Assembly: GCA_036781225.1 (NCBI GenBank)
Contig: DAIQBJ010000001.1
Location: forward strand, 1,389 to 65,388
Direction: 5' to 3'
DNA from: Gemmatimonadales bacterium
GTDB lineage: Bacteria > Gemmatimonadota > Gemmatimonadetes > Gemmatimonadales > GWC2-71-9
DNA length: 64,000 bases
The notes beneath the pieces are model-generated. The model searched no databases and had not been told where the DNA came from. It saw only the letters and a list, made by a program, of their open reading frames with translations. A program made the position numbers and the translations under genes. Below are positions 53,857 through 61,774 of this stretch, piece after piece (the stretch's first letter is position 1; each line of letters opens with the position of its first letter).

Positions 53857-54336
53857 TTACGAACTAGCGCAGCACGAACCGCCGCTGGCAACTACGGTGA
53901 GCCCCTTCTTGAGCGGCAAATGCTGTGTGTCGGTGGCGCAGGACGCACCATCCTCAATATCGTGATTGAGGACATAGACCTCCCACTCCACGCCATCGGG
54001 ATCCTGGACCCAGAACTTGTCCTGGTTGGCGTGGCAGCAATTCACGCTGAACTCCTCTCGAACAGGCAAGCCGATCGCCTTGACGCGCTCCATTTCGCGG
54101 ACCACGATCGCCTGCGATTCGACCTGGATGCCCATGTGATCGACGTGGCCGCGGCCTTCGGACGGTCGCGCTTCGGAGAGCGCGAGATTCAAGGGGCCAA
54201 ACGGCGGAAGAAACTTCACGTAGCCGGGCTTCACCTTCACCGGTGCGACACCGAGAAACTTCTCGTAGAACGCCCGGCTCTTGGTGAGGTCGGACACCGT
54301 CATGTGGACATGGACCTTAGGCGCTTCGACGCTCAT
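53857..54336 (-). CDS. arsI: ArsI/CadI-type VOC-fold C-As lyase (dioxygenase)
   Basis: 159 aa; FYEKFLGVAPVKVKPGYVKFL, HMGIQVES and the vicinal-Cys substrate motif VNCCHANQDKFWVQDPDGVEWEVY, plus a Cys-rich tail GGSCCASS. Confidence 0.8.
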   Translation of the reverse strand: MSVEAPKVHVHMTVSDLTKSRAFYEKFLGVAPVKVKPGYVKFLPPFGPLNLALSEARPSEGRGHVDHMGIQVESQAIVVREMERVKAIGLPVREEFSVNCCHANQDKFWVQDPDGVEWEVYVLNHDIEDGASCATDTQHLPLKKGLTVVASGGSCCASS

Positions 54337-54346
54337 CGTGGGCCTC

Positions 54347-54682
54347 CTAGCAACAGGCTGTCAGGATACGAACGAGTTCCGAGACCATTTCGGCTCGAGG
54401 AGAGTAGTAGATGTATCGCTCCTCGCGGCGGCTTTGAACCAGTCCGGCGCGGCGCAGGATATCGAGATGGTGCGACAGCGTCGGGCCAGGAATCTCCAGT
54501 TGCGCCTGAATGTCTCCAGCGGCCACTTCCGCCTTAGCCTTCACAAGAAAGAAGAAGATCTGCAACCGCGACTGGTGCGCGAGCGCCTTGAACGCTTCAA
54601 CATGCTCGTCGCGCGCCTGGAGTCGACTCAGTGGAAGTGTCTTCACGTTTTCAAATATATTGAAATGTAGGGCGTCTGTCAA
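54347..54682 (-). CDS. arsR: ArsR/SmtB family regulator with C-terminal Cys pair
   Basis: FKALAHQSRLQIFFFL...AGDIQAQLEIPGPTLSHHLDILRRAGLV...LTACC*. The track start at 54682 is a TTG; a GTG at 54646 is an alternative. Confidence 0.8.
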   Translation of the reverse strand: MTDALHFNIFENVKTLPLSRLQARDEHVEAFKALAHQSRLQIFFFLVKAKAEVAAGDIQAQLEIPGPTLSHHLDILRRAGLVQSRREERYIYYSPRAEMVSELVRILTACC

Positions 54683-54703
54683 TTGCAGAGCCGTGCGCGC
54701 GGA

Positions 54704-55930
54704 TCATGTGACCCGCTGGCTCCTGGTTCCCTCCATTCGTACGAAGACTGCGGCCCAGATCGCGACAAGACCGCCGAGACCAAGCACGACGAACGCCCAT
54801 CCCCATGCCATCCGCGTTCCGGCCAGAGCGTTGACGTGGTCAAGGACCACACCGAAGGCTAACGGCGCGATGGCGCCCGCGCCGAATCCAAGCAGTGACC
54901 GAAAGCCTAGTGCCGCTCCCAGGGACGGCGCGCTCACGACTTGAGTCAGTGTCGATGACAGAATCGGTGAATCGCCGATGGCCGTAAACGCATAGAGCGC
55001 TCCCACCCCAAGTACCAGGAAAGCTGGAAAGCCAATCAACCAGCCGAAAAAGAATGAACATGCAGTGCTCACGGTTGCCAGCGTGATCAAAATGCGGCGT
55101 GCTCCTATCTTGTCCGAAAGCCATCCCATTGTTGAGGATGCGATGACGCCCATCATGTGAAACGCTGCTGAAGAATAGGCGCCCAGCTCCGCTGCTCGTA
55201 CCAACCCAGCGCCAGACGCTGCAAAACTCGCTGCGAGGAATGCCGGTATCCATGCCCACATCCCGAGAAGCTCCCAGCTATGTCCCGTATAGCCAATGAT
55301 CAGTCGCATTGCGGGTCGGTTCTTGAAGACGGCGCCACCAAATCGCGGCTGACCCTCCGCTGAGTGCACGATGTTCGACGTTCCTCGTAACGCAGGCCAC
55401 GCGATGATGACGCTAAGCACGGGGCCACCTGCGGTGGCAAGGAACGCCGCTGGATAACCGCCATGCCGGAGCATGACGCCACACAGAATCAGTGACATGA
55501 CATACCCAGCCGAGCTACTCGCGATCAACCAGCCAACGGCGCCGCCTCGCTTATCCGGGGGGTAGCGTTGGGACATCAACATGATCGCTGTCGTATAGAG
55601 ACCGCCCTGCGAGATCGCAATGAGCGTGTACAGCAGTAGGCCCGAGAGATAAGATCGCGCGAACATCGCAAACGCCAGCGCTGCGATCGCACTCGCGACA
55701 AGAGACCACTGAAAGACTCGGCGCGCACCGACTCGATCCGCAATGACCGAAAAAGCGACGAGCGATACAGCGTAGCCGAGCTGGAACGATGAGGAGATAG
55801 ACCCGGCGGCCGTGGCTGACATCGCCCATTCACTGCGTAAAACGGTCAGCGTGCCGGCATACGTCATAGACATAAACATCGCGAACGCCCGCGACACACA
55901 GACCGAGACAAGCCAGGAGTCGATGCTCAC
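54704..55930 (-). CDS. MFS transporter (ars-linked by position)
   Basis: 408 aa, about 12 TM segments. Shares GYTGHSWELLGMWAWIPAFLA with the other two MFS ORFs. Its stop lies 21 nt upstream of arsR. Confidence 0.85.
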   Translation of the reverse strand: MSIDSWLVSVCVSRAFAMFMSMTYAGTLTVLRSEWAMSATAAGSISSSFQLGYAVSLVAFSVIADRVGARRVFQWSLVASAIAALAFAMFARSYLSGLLLYTLIAISQGGLYTTAIMLMSQRYPPDKRGGAVGWLIASSSAGYVMSLILCGVMLRHGGYPAAFLATAGGPVLSVIIAWPALRGTSNIVHSAEGQPRFGGAVFKNRPAMRLIIGYTGHSWELLGMWAWIPAFLAASFAASGAGLVRAAELGAYSSAAFHMMGVIASSTMGWLSDKIGARRILITLATVSTACSFFFGWLIGFPAFLVLGVGALYAFTAIGDSPILSSTLTQVVSAPSLGAALGFRSLLGFGAGAIAPLAFGVVLDHVNALAGTRMAWGWAFVVLGLGGLVAIWAAVFVRMEGTRSQRVT

Positions 55931-55961
55931 CGAACGACGAACGTCTCTCTCCTCTACGCGG

Positions 55962-56396
55962 TTACGGCTTAACGATTAGCACGTGGCATGGCGCGGCTCT
56001 CGCTACCTGTCCGACAAGCGACTTCCCCAGCAAGCGATCGATCATGTCAGCGTGCCGGATTCCAAGCACGATAACGTCGGCGCGTTCTTGCCTTGCCGTT
56101 TTAGCGATTGCATCAGCTAGCGGTTTCGAGATCATGCAGGTGCGAATCCTCAGTCCGTCAGTGAGGCATGCGTCGATATATCGCTTCAGGGTGGCGTTCA
56201 TCTGCTGATACTCGTCTTCGTACACGCGGCGCAAAACACGCTCGGAATCGAATTCCGAGTACGCGGAAGGGGCCGGACAAGCGCACGCGACAGCAATTTC
56301 TGGCGAACCGGCCTGGCGTGCAAGCGCTCGGGCGACCGCCCACGCCGCTTCGCTCTCTGACGACAAATCCGTAGCAAGAAGGATTCGATCCAGCAT
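55962..56396 (-). CDS. Universal stress protein (UspA family)
   Basis: 144 aa; ILLATDLSSESEAA...ADVIVLGIRH...GKSLVGQVARAAPCHVLIV. GGAGAC precedes the ATG. Confidence 0.85.
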   Translation of the reverse strand: MLDRILLATDLSSESEAAWAVARALARQAGSPEIAVACACPAPSAYSEFDSERVLRRVYEDEYQQMNATLKRYIDACLTDGLRIRTCMISKPLADAIAKTARQERADVIVLGIRHADMIDRLLGKSLVGQVARAAPCHVLIVKP

Positions 56397-56578
56397 GTCT
56401 CCGGCTATGCCGCGAGACTATAACCTACCCGCGAAAGTCCGTCCGAAGTGCCGAGGCTTAGTCCACCAGCACGGGAATCACAGCCTCCGTCAGGCGGGGC
56501 ACCCAAGAAGATTATCGCGAGACTGAACGGCTCGCTGCCCCACGCGTTGGCACCCGAGATCAGAACCCGCGTTTGACG

Positions 56579-56641
56579 AAACAAGTTGAACTGCTGAAAG
56601 ACCATGCCGGTATGCCGGCGCCGCCACGCGACCTTGAAGAG
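56579..56641 (-). pseudogene. Short relic of a polar-amino-acid-type ABC ATPase
   Basis: Inside an otherwise featureless 115-aa ORF, the peptide RRRHTGMVFQQFNLF reproduces the highly conserved (L)RRxVGMVFQQFNLF Q-loop region. No Walker A, signature or Walker B motif is nearby. Confidence 0.35.
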
Positions 56642-56744
56642 AGCGGATTCGGAGAAGCAGCCGATGAACCGCTCATGGGTTCCCGCACTGATCCGCGACC
56701 GCCGATCATGGTAGGCTCCCGTCGACCTGCGAGAGGAGCGTTGC

Positions 56745-57851
56745 ATGTCCAACGGAAGCGCGCCGATCGGTCGGCCCGTTCACGAGATCGACACGCCGGC
56801 CCTGCTGGTGGACCTTCCCACGCTCGATCGGAACATCGCTCGCATGCGCCGAGTGATCATCACCGAGTCGAAGGTCGGCTGGCGGCCGCATACCAAAGGC
56901 ATCAAGATCCCGGCGCTCGCGCACCGGCTGCTTCAAGCCGGCGCGTTTGGCGTCACGTGCGCCAAGCTCGGCGAGGCCGAGGTGATGGCGGCCGCGGGAA
57001 TCCGCGACATCCTGATCGCCAATGAGGTGGTGGGAGCAACCAAGCTCGCCCGGTTCGCCCACTTGCAGCGTCACGCCGACGTTATCGTGGCCGTCGACGG
57101 CGAGGAGCAGGTCGAGGCCCTGGCGGCGGCGGCGAGCGCCGCAGGCACGCGGCCGCGCGTGGTCGTCGAGGTCAACATCGCGATGAACCGCGCCGGCGTC
57201 GAGCCGGGCGAGTCGGCCGTGCTCCTCGCCAAGCGCGTCGCCGCCTCGCCGGCGCTGCGGTTCGCCGGCGTGATGGGCTGGGAAGGCGGCCGGTTGGCGA
57301 GCATGGAGCCGGCGGCGAAGCGGGACGCGATCGTCGAGGCCGTGGGCGCGCTGACGAACACCGCCGACCGCTGTCGCGCGGCCGGCCTGCCCGTCGACAT
57401 CGTGAGCTGCGGGGGCACGGGCACCTACTGGATCACCGCGACGCTGCCCGGAGTGACGGAGATCCAGGCCGGCGGCGGCATCTGGGGCGACGTGCATTAT
57501 CGCCACGACTTCGGCGTGGAGCACGAATACGCGCTCACCGTGCTCACCACCGTGATCAGCCGCCCCACCCCGACGCGCATCGTGTGCAACGCCGGCTTCA
57601 AGAGCATGTCGCAACATCCCGCGCCGCCCGCGCCCCTCGGGATCGGCGACGTCCGGAGCGTCGTGCTGTCGGCCGAGCACGCCACCATCGAGTTGGCGGG
57701 TCCACGGAGCGTGCCCCGCGTGGGCGACACGGTGGAGTTCGTGGTGGGCTACTCGGACGCCACGGTCTTCCTTCACGACGAGCTGCACGGCGTGCGGGAC
57801 GGCCGCCTGGAGATCGTCTGGCCCATCACAGGCCGGGGAAAGACGCGATGA
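56745..57851 (+). CDS. PLP enzyme of the DSD1 / D-threonine aldolase / alanine-racemase-N fold family
   Basis: 368 aa; IDTPALLVDLPTLDRNIARM, the PLP-lysine context RPHTKGIK, and a C-terminal beta domain. Confidence 0.75.
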   Translation: MSNGSAPIGRPVHEIDTPALLVDLPTLDRNIARMRRVIITESKVGWRPHTKGIKIPALAHRLLQAGAFGVTCAKLGEAEVMAAAGIRDILIANEVVGATKLARFAHLQRHADVIVAVDGEEQVEALAAAASAAGTRPRVVVEVNIAMNRAGVEPGESAVLLAKRVAASPALRFAGVMGWEGGRLASMEPAAKRDAIVEAVGALTNTADRCRAAGLPVDIVSCGGTGTYWITATLPGVTEIQAGGGIWGDVHYRHDFGVEHEYALTVLTTVISRPTPTRIVCNAGFKSMSQHPAPPAPLGIGDVRSVVLSAEHATIELAGPRSVPRVGDTVEFVVGYSDATVFLHDELHGVRDGRLEIVWPITGRGKTR

Positions 57852-59968
57852 CCACGGTGGGCGGCGCCAGATTCCGTGTCGGTGTCGACATCGGCGGCAC
57901 CTTCACCGACATCGTCTTCCTCGACGCCGATGGCGGAATCCACACCAAGAAGGTCTCCTCCAGCGTTGACGACTACGCGCGCGCCATCGTGGAGGGCCTG
58001 CGCGAGGTGTTTCGAGAGACGGGACTGGGCGGCCCCGACGTCGCCGAAATCCTGCACGGCACGACTGTGGGCTCGAATGCCATCCTCGAGTTGAAGGGCG
58101 CCCGGACCGGGCTGCTCACCACCAAGGGCTTTCGCGACGTACTCGAGATCCGCCGCCTGCGCATGCCGCGCCTGTACGACCTCGCCTGGGAAAAACCGGC
58201 GCCGCTCGTCGAGCGCTACCTGCGCCGCGAGGTGGACGAGCGCGTCAGCGGACGAGGCGAAGTCGTGCGCGCGGTGGACCCGGCCGACGTCGCGCGCCAG
58301 CTCGATCGGTTGCTCGCCGAGGGAATCGAGGCCCTCGCCGTCTGCCTGCTCAACGCCTACGCCAACCCCATCCACGAGCGCGTGATCCAAGACATCGTCC
58401 GCCGGCGGGCGCCCGATCTGCCCTGTTGCATCAGCTCCGACGTTCTGCCGGAGATCAAGGAGTACGAGCGCACCTCGACCACCGTCATCAACGCGTACGT
58501 CATGCCGATCGTGCAGCGCTATCTGGCTACGCTGCGCGACGGCCTCGCCGAGGTCGAAGCGCGCGCGCCGCTCATGATCATGCAATCCAACGGCGGCTTG
58601 ATGAGCGCCGAGGCCGCCGCGCGCATGCCGATGCACATCATCGAGTCGGGCCCGGCGGCCGGCGTCGTCGGCTCTCGGGCTCTCGCCCGTCGAATGGGCC
58701 TCTCGAGGGTCCTCACGTTCGACATGGGAGGCACGACCGCCAAGGCCTCCATCATCGAAAACGGCGAGGTCAGCCGCAGCGGTGAGATCGAGGTCGGCGG
58801 CGGCATCCTCGTCGGCGCCCGCCTGCTCACCGGCGCGGGCTATCTCTTGCGCGTGCCGGCGATCGATCTCGCGGAGGTCGGGGCAGGCGGCGGCTCGATC
58901 GTGTGGATCGATCCGGCGGGCTCGCTGCGTGTCGGGCCGCGGAGCGCGGGCGCCTCGCCAGGGCCCGTCGGCTACGACCTCGGAGGCAACGAGCCGACTC
59001 TCACGGACGCCAACATCCTGCTCGGCTACCTGAACCCCGCGTACCTCTGCGGTGGCGCGGTCAAACTCAACGCCGAGCGCTCGCAGGCCGTCTTCGCGGA
59101 GCTCATCGCGGCACCGCTCGGACGCCCGGTGGCCGAGGCGGCGTACGGCTCGTACCTCATCGCGGCCTCCAACATGATCCGCGCCATCCGCGCCGTCTCC
59201 AGCGAGCGTGGACGCGATCCGCGCGAGTACGTGCTGTTCGCCTTCGGTGGCAACGGACCGCTCTTCGCGGCGGCGATGGCACGCGCGCTCGAGGTGCGCC
59301 AGGTCGTGGTGCCGCTGGCGCCGGGGCTGTTCTCGTCGTTCGGGCTCCTCTATTCCGACGTACAGCACCACTACGTGCGGACGTACCGCCGCCGCACGCG
59401 TGAGGTCGACCTGGACGCGCTCGATCATCTGTGGCGGGACATGGAGGCCGAGGCTCGGAATCAGCTCGCCGCCGAGGGCTTCACGGGCGCGGCCGCGCGC
59501 ATCCGGCGATGGGCGGACCTGCGCTATCACGGCCAGTCGTTCGAGCTCACCATCCCCGTGGACGCCGCGCGCATCGACGCGCGCGTGCTCGCCGCGCTGG
59601 AGGAGAGCTTCGGACGCGAGCATGAGCGCACGTACGGACATCGCGCGGGGCCGGCCGAGCCGGTAGAGCTGGTGAGCCTGCGCGTCGTTGCGGACGGCAT
59701 TCCGGAGCGAAGCCGCGTGCCGGACCGCGTCCGCATCGATCGGACCGGCGATCCGTTGACGGCACGGCGCGCGTACTTCGGCCCCGAGGTGGGGTGGCTC
59801 GACACGCCCGTGCTGCGACGGCCTGACCTCGCCACGCCCCGACGAGGCCCCTGCATCGTCGAGGAATACGACGCGACGTGCCTGGTGCCGCCCGAGGCCG
59901 AGGCTGCCCTCGACGACCTCGGCAACATCGTGCTCACGCTCGGCGACGCACGCGGGAGTCAGCGATGA
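57848..59968 (+). CDS. Hydantoinase/oxoprolinase family, A (ATP-binding) subunit
   Basis: 706 aa from the ATG at 57848 (ATGA overlap) with FRVGVDIGGTFTDIVF and FDMGGTTAKA. The track start at 57584 is an extension. Confidence 0.85.
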   Translation: MTTVGGARFRVGVDIGGTFTDIVFLDADGGIHTKKVSSSVDDYARAIVEGLREVFRETGLGGPDVAEILHGTTVGSNAILELKGARTGLLTTKGFRDVLEIRRLRMPRLYDLAWEKPAPLVERYLRREVDERVSGRGEVVRAVDPADVARQLDRLLAEGIEALAVCLLNAYANPIHERVIQDIVRRRAPDLPCCISSDVLPEIKEYERTSTTVINAYVMPIVQRYLATLRDGLAEVEARAPLMIMQSNGGLMSAEAAARMPMHIIESGPAAGVVGSRALARRMGLSRVLTFDMGGTTAKASIIENGEVSRSGEIEVGGGILVGARLLTGAGYLLRVPAIDLAEVGAGGGSIVWIDPAGSLRVGPRSAGASPGPVGYDLGGNEPTLTDANILLGYLNPAYLCGGAVKLNAERSQAVFAELIAAPLGRPVAEAAYGSYLIAASNMIRAIRAVSSERGRDPREYVLFAFGGNGPLFAAAMARALEVRQVVVPLAPGLFSSFGLLYSDVQHHYVRTYRRRTREVDLDALDHLWRDMEAEARNQLAAEGFTGAAARIRRWADLRYHGQSFELTIPVDAARIDARVLAALEESFGREHERTYGHRAGPAEPVELVSLRVVADGIPERSRVPDRVRIDRTGDPLTARRAYFGPEVGWLDTPVLRRPDLATPRRGPCIVEEYDATCLVPPEAEAALDDLGNIVLTLGDARGSQR

Positions 59969-61728
59969 CCGCGGCGCGCGATCCGATCGCGCTCGAGCTG
60001 TTCAAGAACACGCTGGTGTCGATCGCCGACGAGATGGCGCTGACCATCTTCCGCACGGCCTACTCCGGCGTTCTCAAAGACGCGATGGACTATTCGACGG
60101 CATTCTGCGACGGTCAGGGTCGCGTGGTGGCAATGGGCCTCACCGTCCCCGCGCATCTCGGCTCGTTCCCCGAGGCGCTCGCCGCAGTCCTCGCGCGTTA
60201 CGGCGATCGCATGAGGCCGGGCGACATCTTCTGCTTGAACGATCCGTTCGAAGGCGGCATGCACCTGCCCGACATCTTCGTGCTGAAGCCGATCTACCAC
60301 GAGGGCCAGCGCGTGGCCTTCGCGGCGACCGTCTGCCACCACACGGACGTGGGGGGGCGCGTCGCCGGCTCCAACGCCTCCGACTCCACGGAGATCTACC
60401 AGGAAGGCCTGCGGATACCGCCGCTGCGCATCTACGAGGCCGGCCGGCCTGACGAGACCTTCCATCGCCTCGTGGAAAAGAACGTCCGCGTCCCGACTCG
60501 CGTCTTCGGCGACCTGCGCGCGCAGCTAGCCGCCTGCCACATCGCCGAGGAGGCGTTCCTGGAGCTCGTGCGCCAACACGGAGCGGAGACAGTGCGCGTC
60601 TACATGCAAGAGCTGATCGAGTACAGCGAGCGCCTGACCCGGGCTGCCATCCGTGAGCTCCCTGAGGGCACCTTCGGCTTCGAGGACTGGATCGATGACG
60701 ACGGCGTCGACTTCGGGCGGCCGATCCCGCTCAAGGTGCGGCTCTTCCGCGAGGGCGACACGCTCGTCGCCGACTGGACGGGCTCGTCACCCCAGGTCAA
60801 GGGCGCCATCAACAACACGCTGTCGTTCACCAAGGCCGCCACCTATACCGCCGTGAAGTCGGTGCTGCCGCCGGACATCATCAACAACGAGGGCTTCTTC
60901 CGCGCCATTCGCGTGATCGCGCCGCCCGGCACCATCGCCAACGCAGTGCTGCCCGCCGCCGTCGCGGCGCGCGGCCTCACGGGCAGCCGCATGACCGATT
61001 GCTGCTTCGGCGCGCTGGCGATGATGCTGCCGGATCGCGTCTACGCGGGCTCCGACGGCGGCAACACCGGAATCTCGCTCGGAGGCTATCACGCCGACCA
61101 CACGCCGTTCATCTTCGTCGACTTCCTCTGCTCGGCCTGGGGCGGCCGGCCCTGGACCGATGGCGTTGACGGCAACGCGGCGATGTTCGCCAACATGTCG
61201 GCCTATCCGGTGGAGGTCTGCGAGCTGGAGCACCCGCTCGAGATCCTCGCCTTCGAGTTCATCCAGGACGCGGGCGGCCCCGGCCGCTTCCGCGGTGGCA
61301 TGAGTCTGCGTCGCGATCACCGGTTCCTGGAGTCGGAGGGCGTGCTCCAGGTCCGCTCCGACCGGCGCGCGTTCCGTCCGTTCGGGCTCTACGGCGGCCG
61401 TCCGGGCCGGCCGTCCCAGAATTTCCTCAACCCGGAAACGGAAAACCGCCTGCTGGAGGCGAAGCTCACGATGACGATCAAGCGCGGCGACGTCTTCCGC
61501 CACGAGATGCCGGGGGCCGGCGGCTGGGGCGATCCGCTTGAGCGCGAGCCCTCGCGTGTGCTGCGCGACGTGCGCAACGAGTTCGTGAGCCTTGCCTCCG
61601 CACGCGAAGACTACGGCGTCATCATCGATACGGCGGCCTGGCGAATCGACGAGGAGGCCACCCGGCAGCGGCGCGCAGAGCTGCGCGCGGCGCGAGGCGC
61701 GGCGCCGCTGCCCACGGTGGCGCGCTGA
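59965..61728 (+). CDS. Hydantoinase/oxoprolinase family, B subunit
   Basis: 587 aa from the ATG at 59965 (ATGA overlap) with DPIALELFKNTLVSIADEMALTIFRTAYS and NDPFEGGMHLPD. Confidence 0.85.
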   Translation: MTAARDPIALELFKNTLVSIADEMALTIFRTAYSGVLKDAMDYSTAFCDGQGRVVAMGLTVPAHLGSFPEALAAVLARYGDRMRPGDIFCLNDPFEGGMHLPDIFVLKPIYHEGQRVAFAATVCHHTDVGGRVAGSNASDSTEIYQEGLRIPPLRIYEAGRPDETFHRLVEKNVRVPTRVFGDLRAQLAACHIAEEAFLELVRQHGAETVRVYMQELIEYSERLTRAAIRELPEGTFGFEDWIDDDGVDFGRPIPLKVRLFREGDTLVADWTGSSPQVKGAINNTLSFTKAATYTAVKSVLPPDIINNEGFFRAIRVIAPPGTIANAVLPAAVAARGLTGSRMTDCCFGALAMMLPDRVYAGSDGGNTGISLGGYHADHTPFIFVDFLCSAWGGRPWTDGVDGNAAMFANMSAYPVEVCELEHPLEILAFEFIQDAGGPGRFRGGMSLRRDHRFLESEGVLQVRSDRRAFRPFGLYGGRPGRPSQNFLNPETENRLLEAKLTMTIKRGDVFRHEMPGAGGWGDPLEREPSRVLRDVRNEFVSLASAREDYGVIIDTAAWRIDEEATRQRRAELRAARGAAPLPTVAR

Positions 61729-61774
61729 CAGCGTGATCCCGGCGCCATCCGCCAAGAGACGGGAGGACACGCGC

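Noticed and set aside
56405-56752. 115-aa minus-strand ORF as a real gene between usp and the DSD1-like gene.
   Set aside because: There is no SD, and it has odd composition. Only a ~15-residue ABC Q-loop-like island is recognisable, so it is treated as a relic (see findings).
57773-59641. 622-aa minus-strand ORF, and similar long antisense ORFs at 56706-57788, 60787-61902 and 61622-62614.
   Set aside because: They lie antisense to well-supported hydantoinase, DSD1 and SBP genes. Their translations are Arg/Ala/Gly/Asp-rich low-complexity strings with no motifs. These are typical shadow ORFs of GC-rich DNA.
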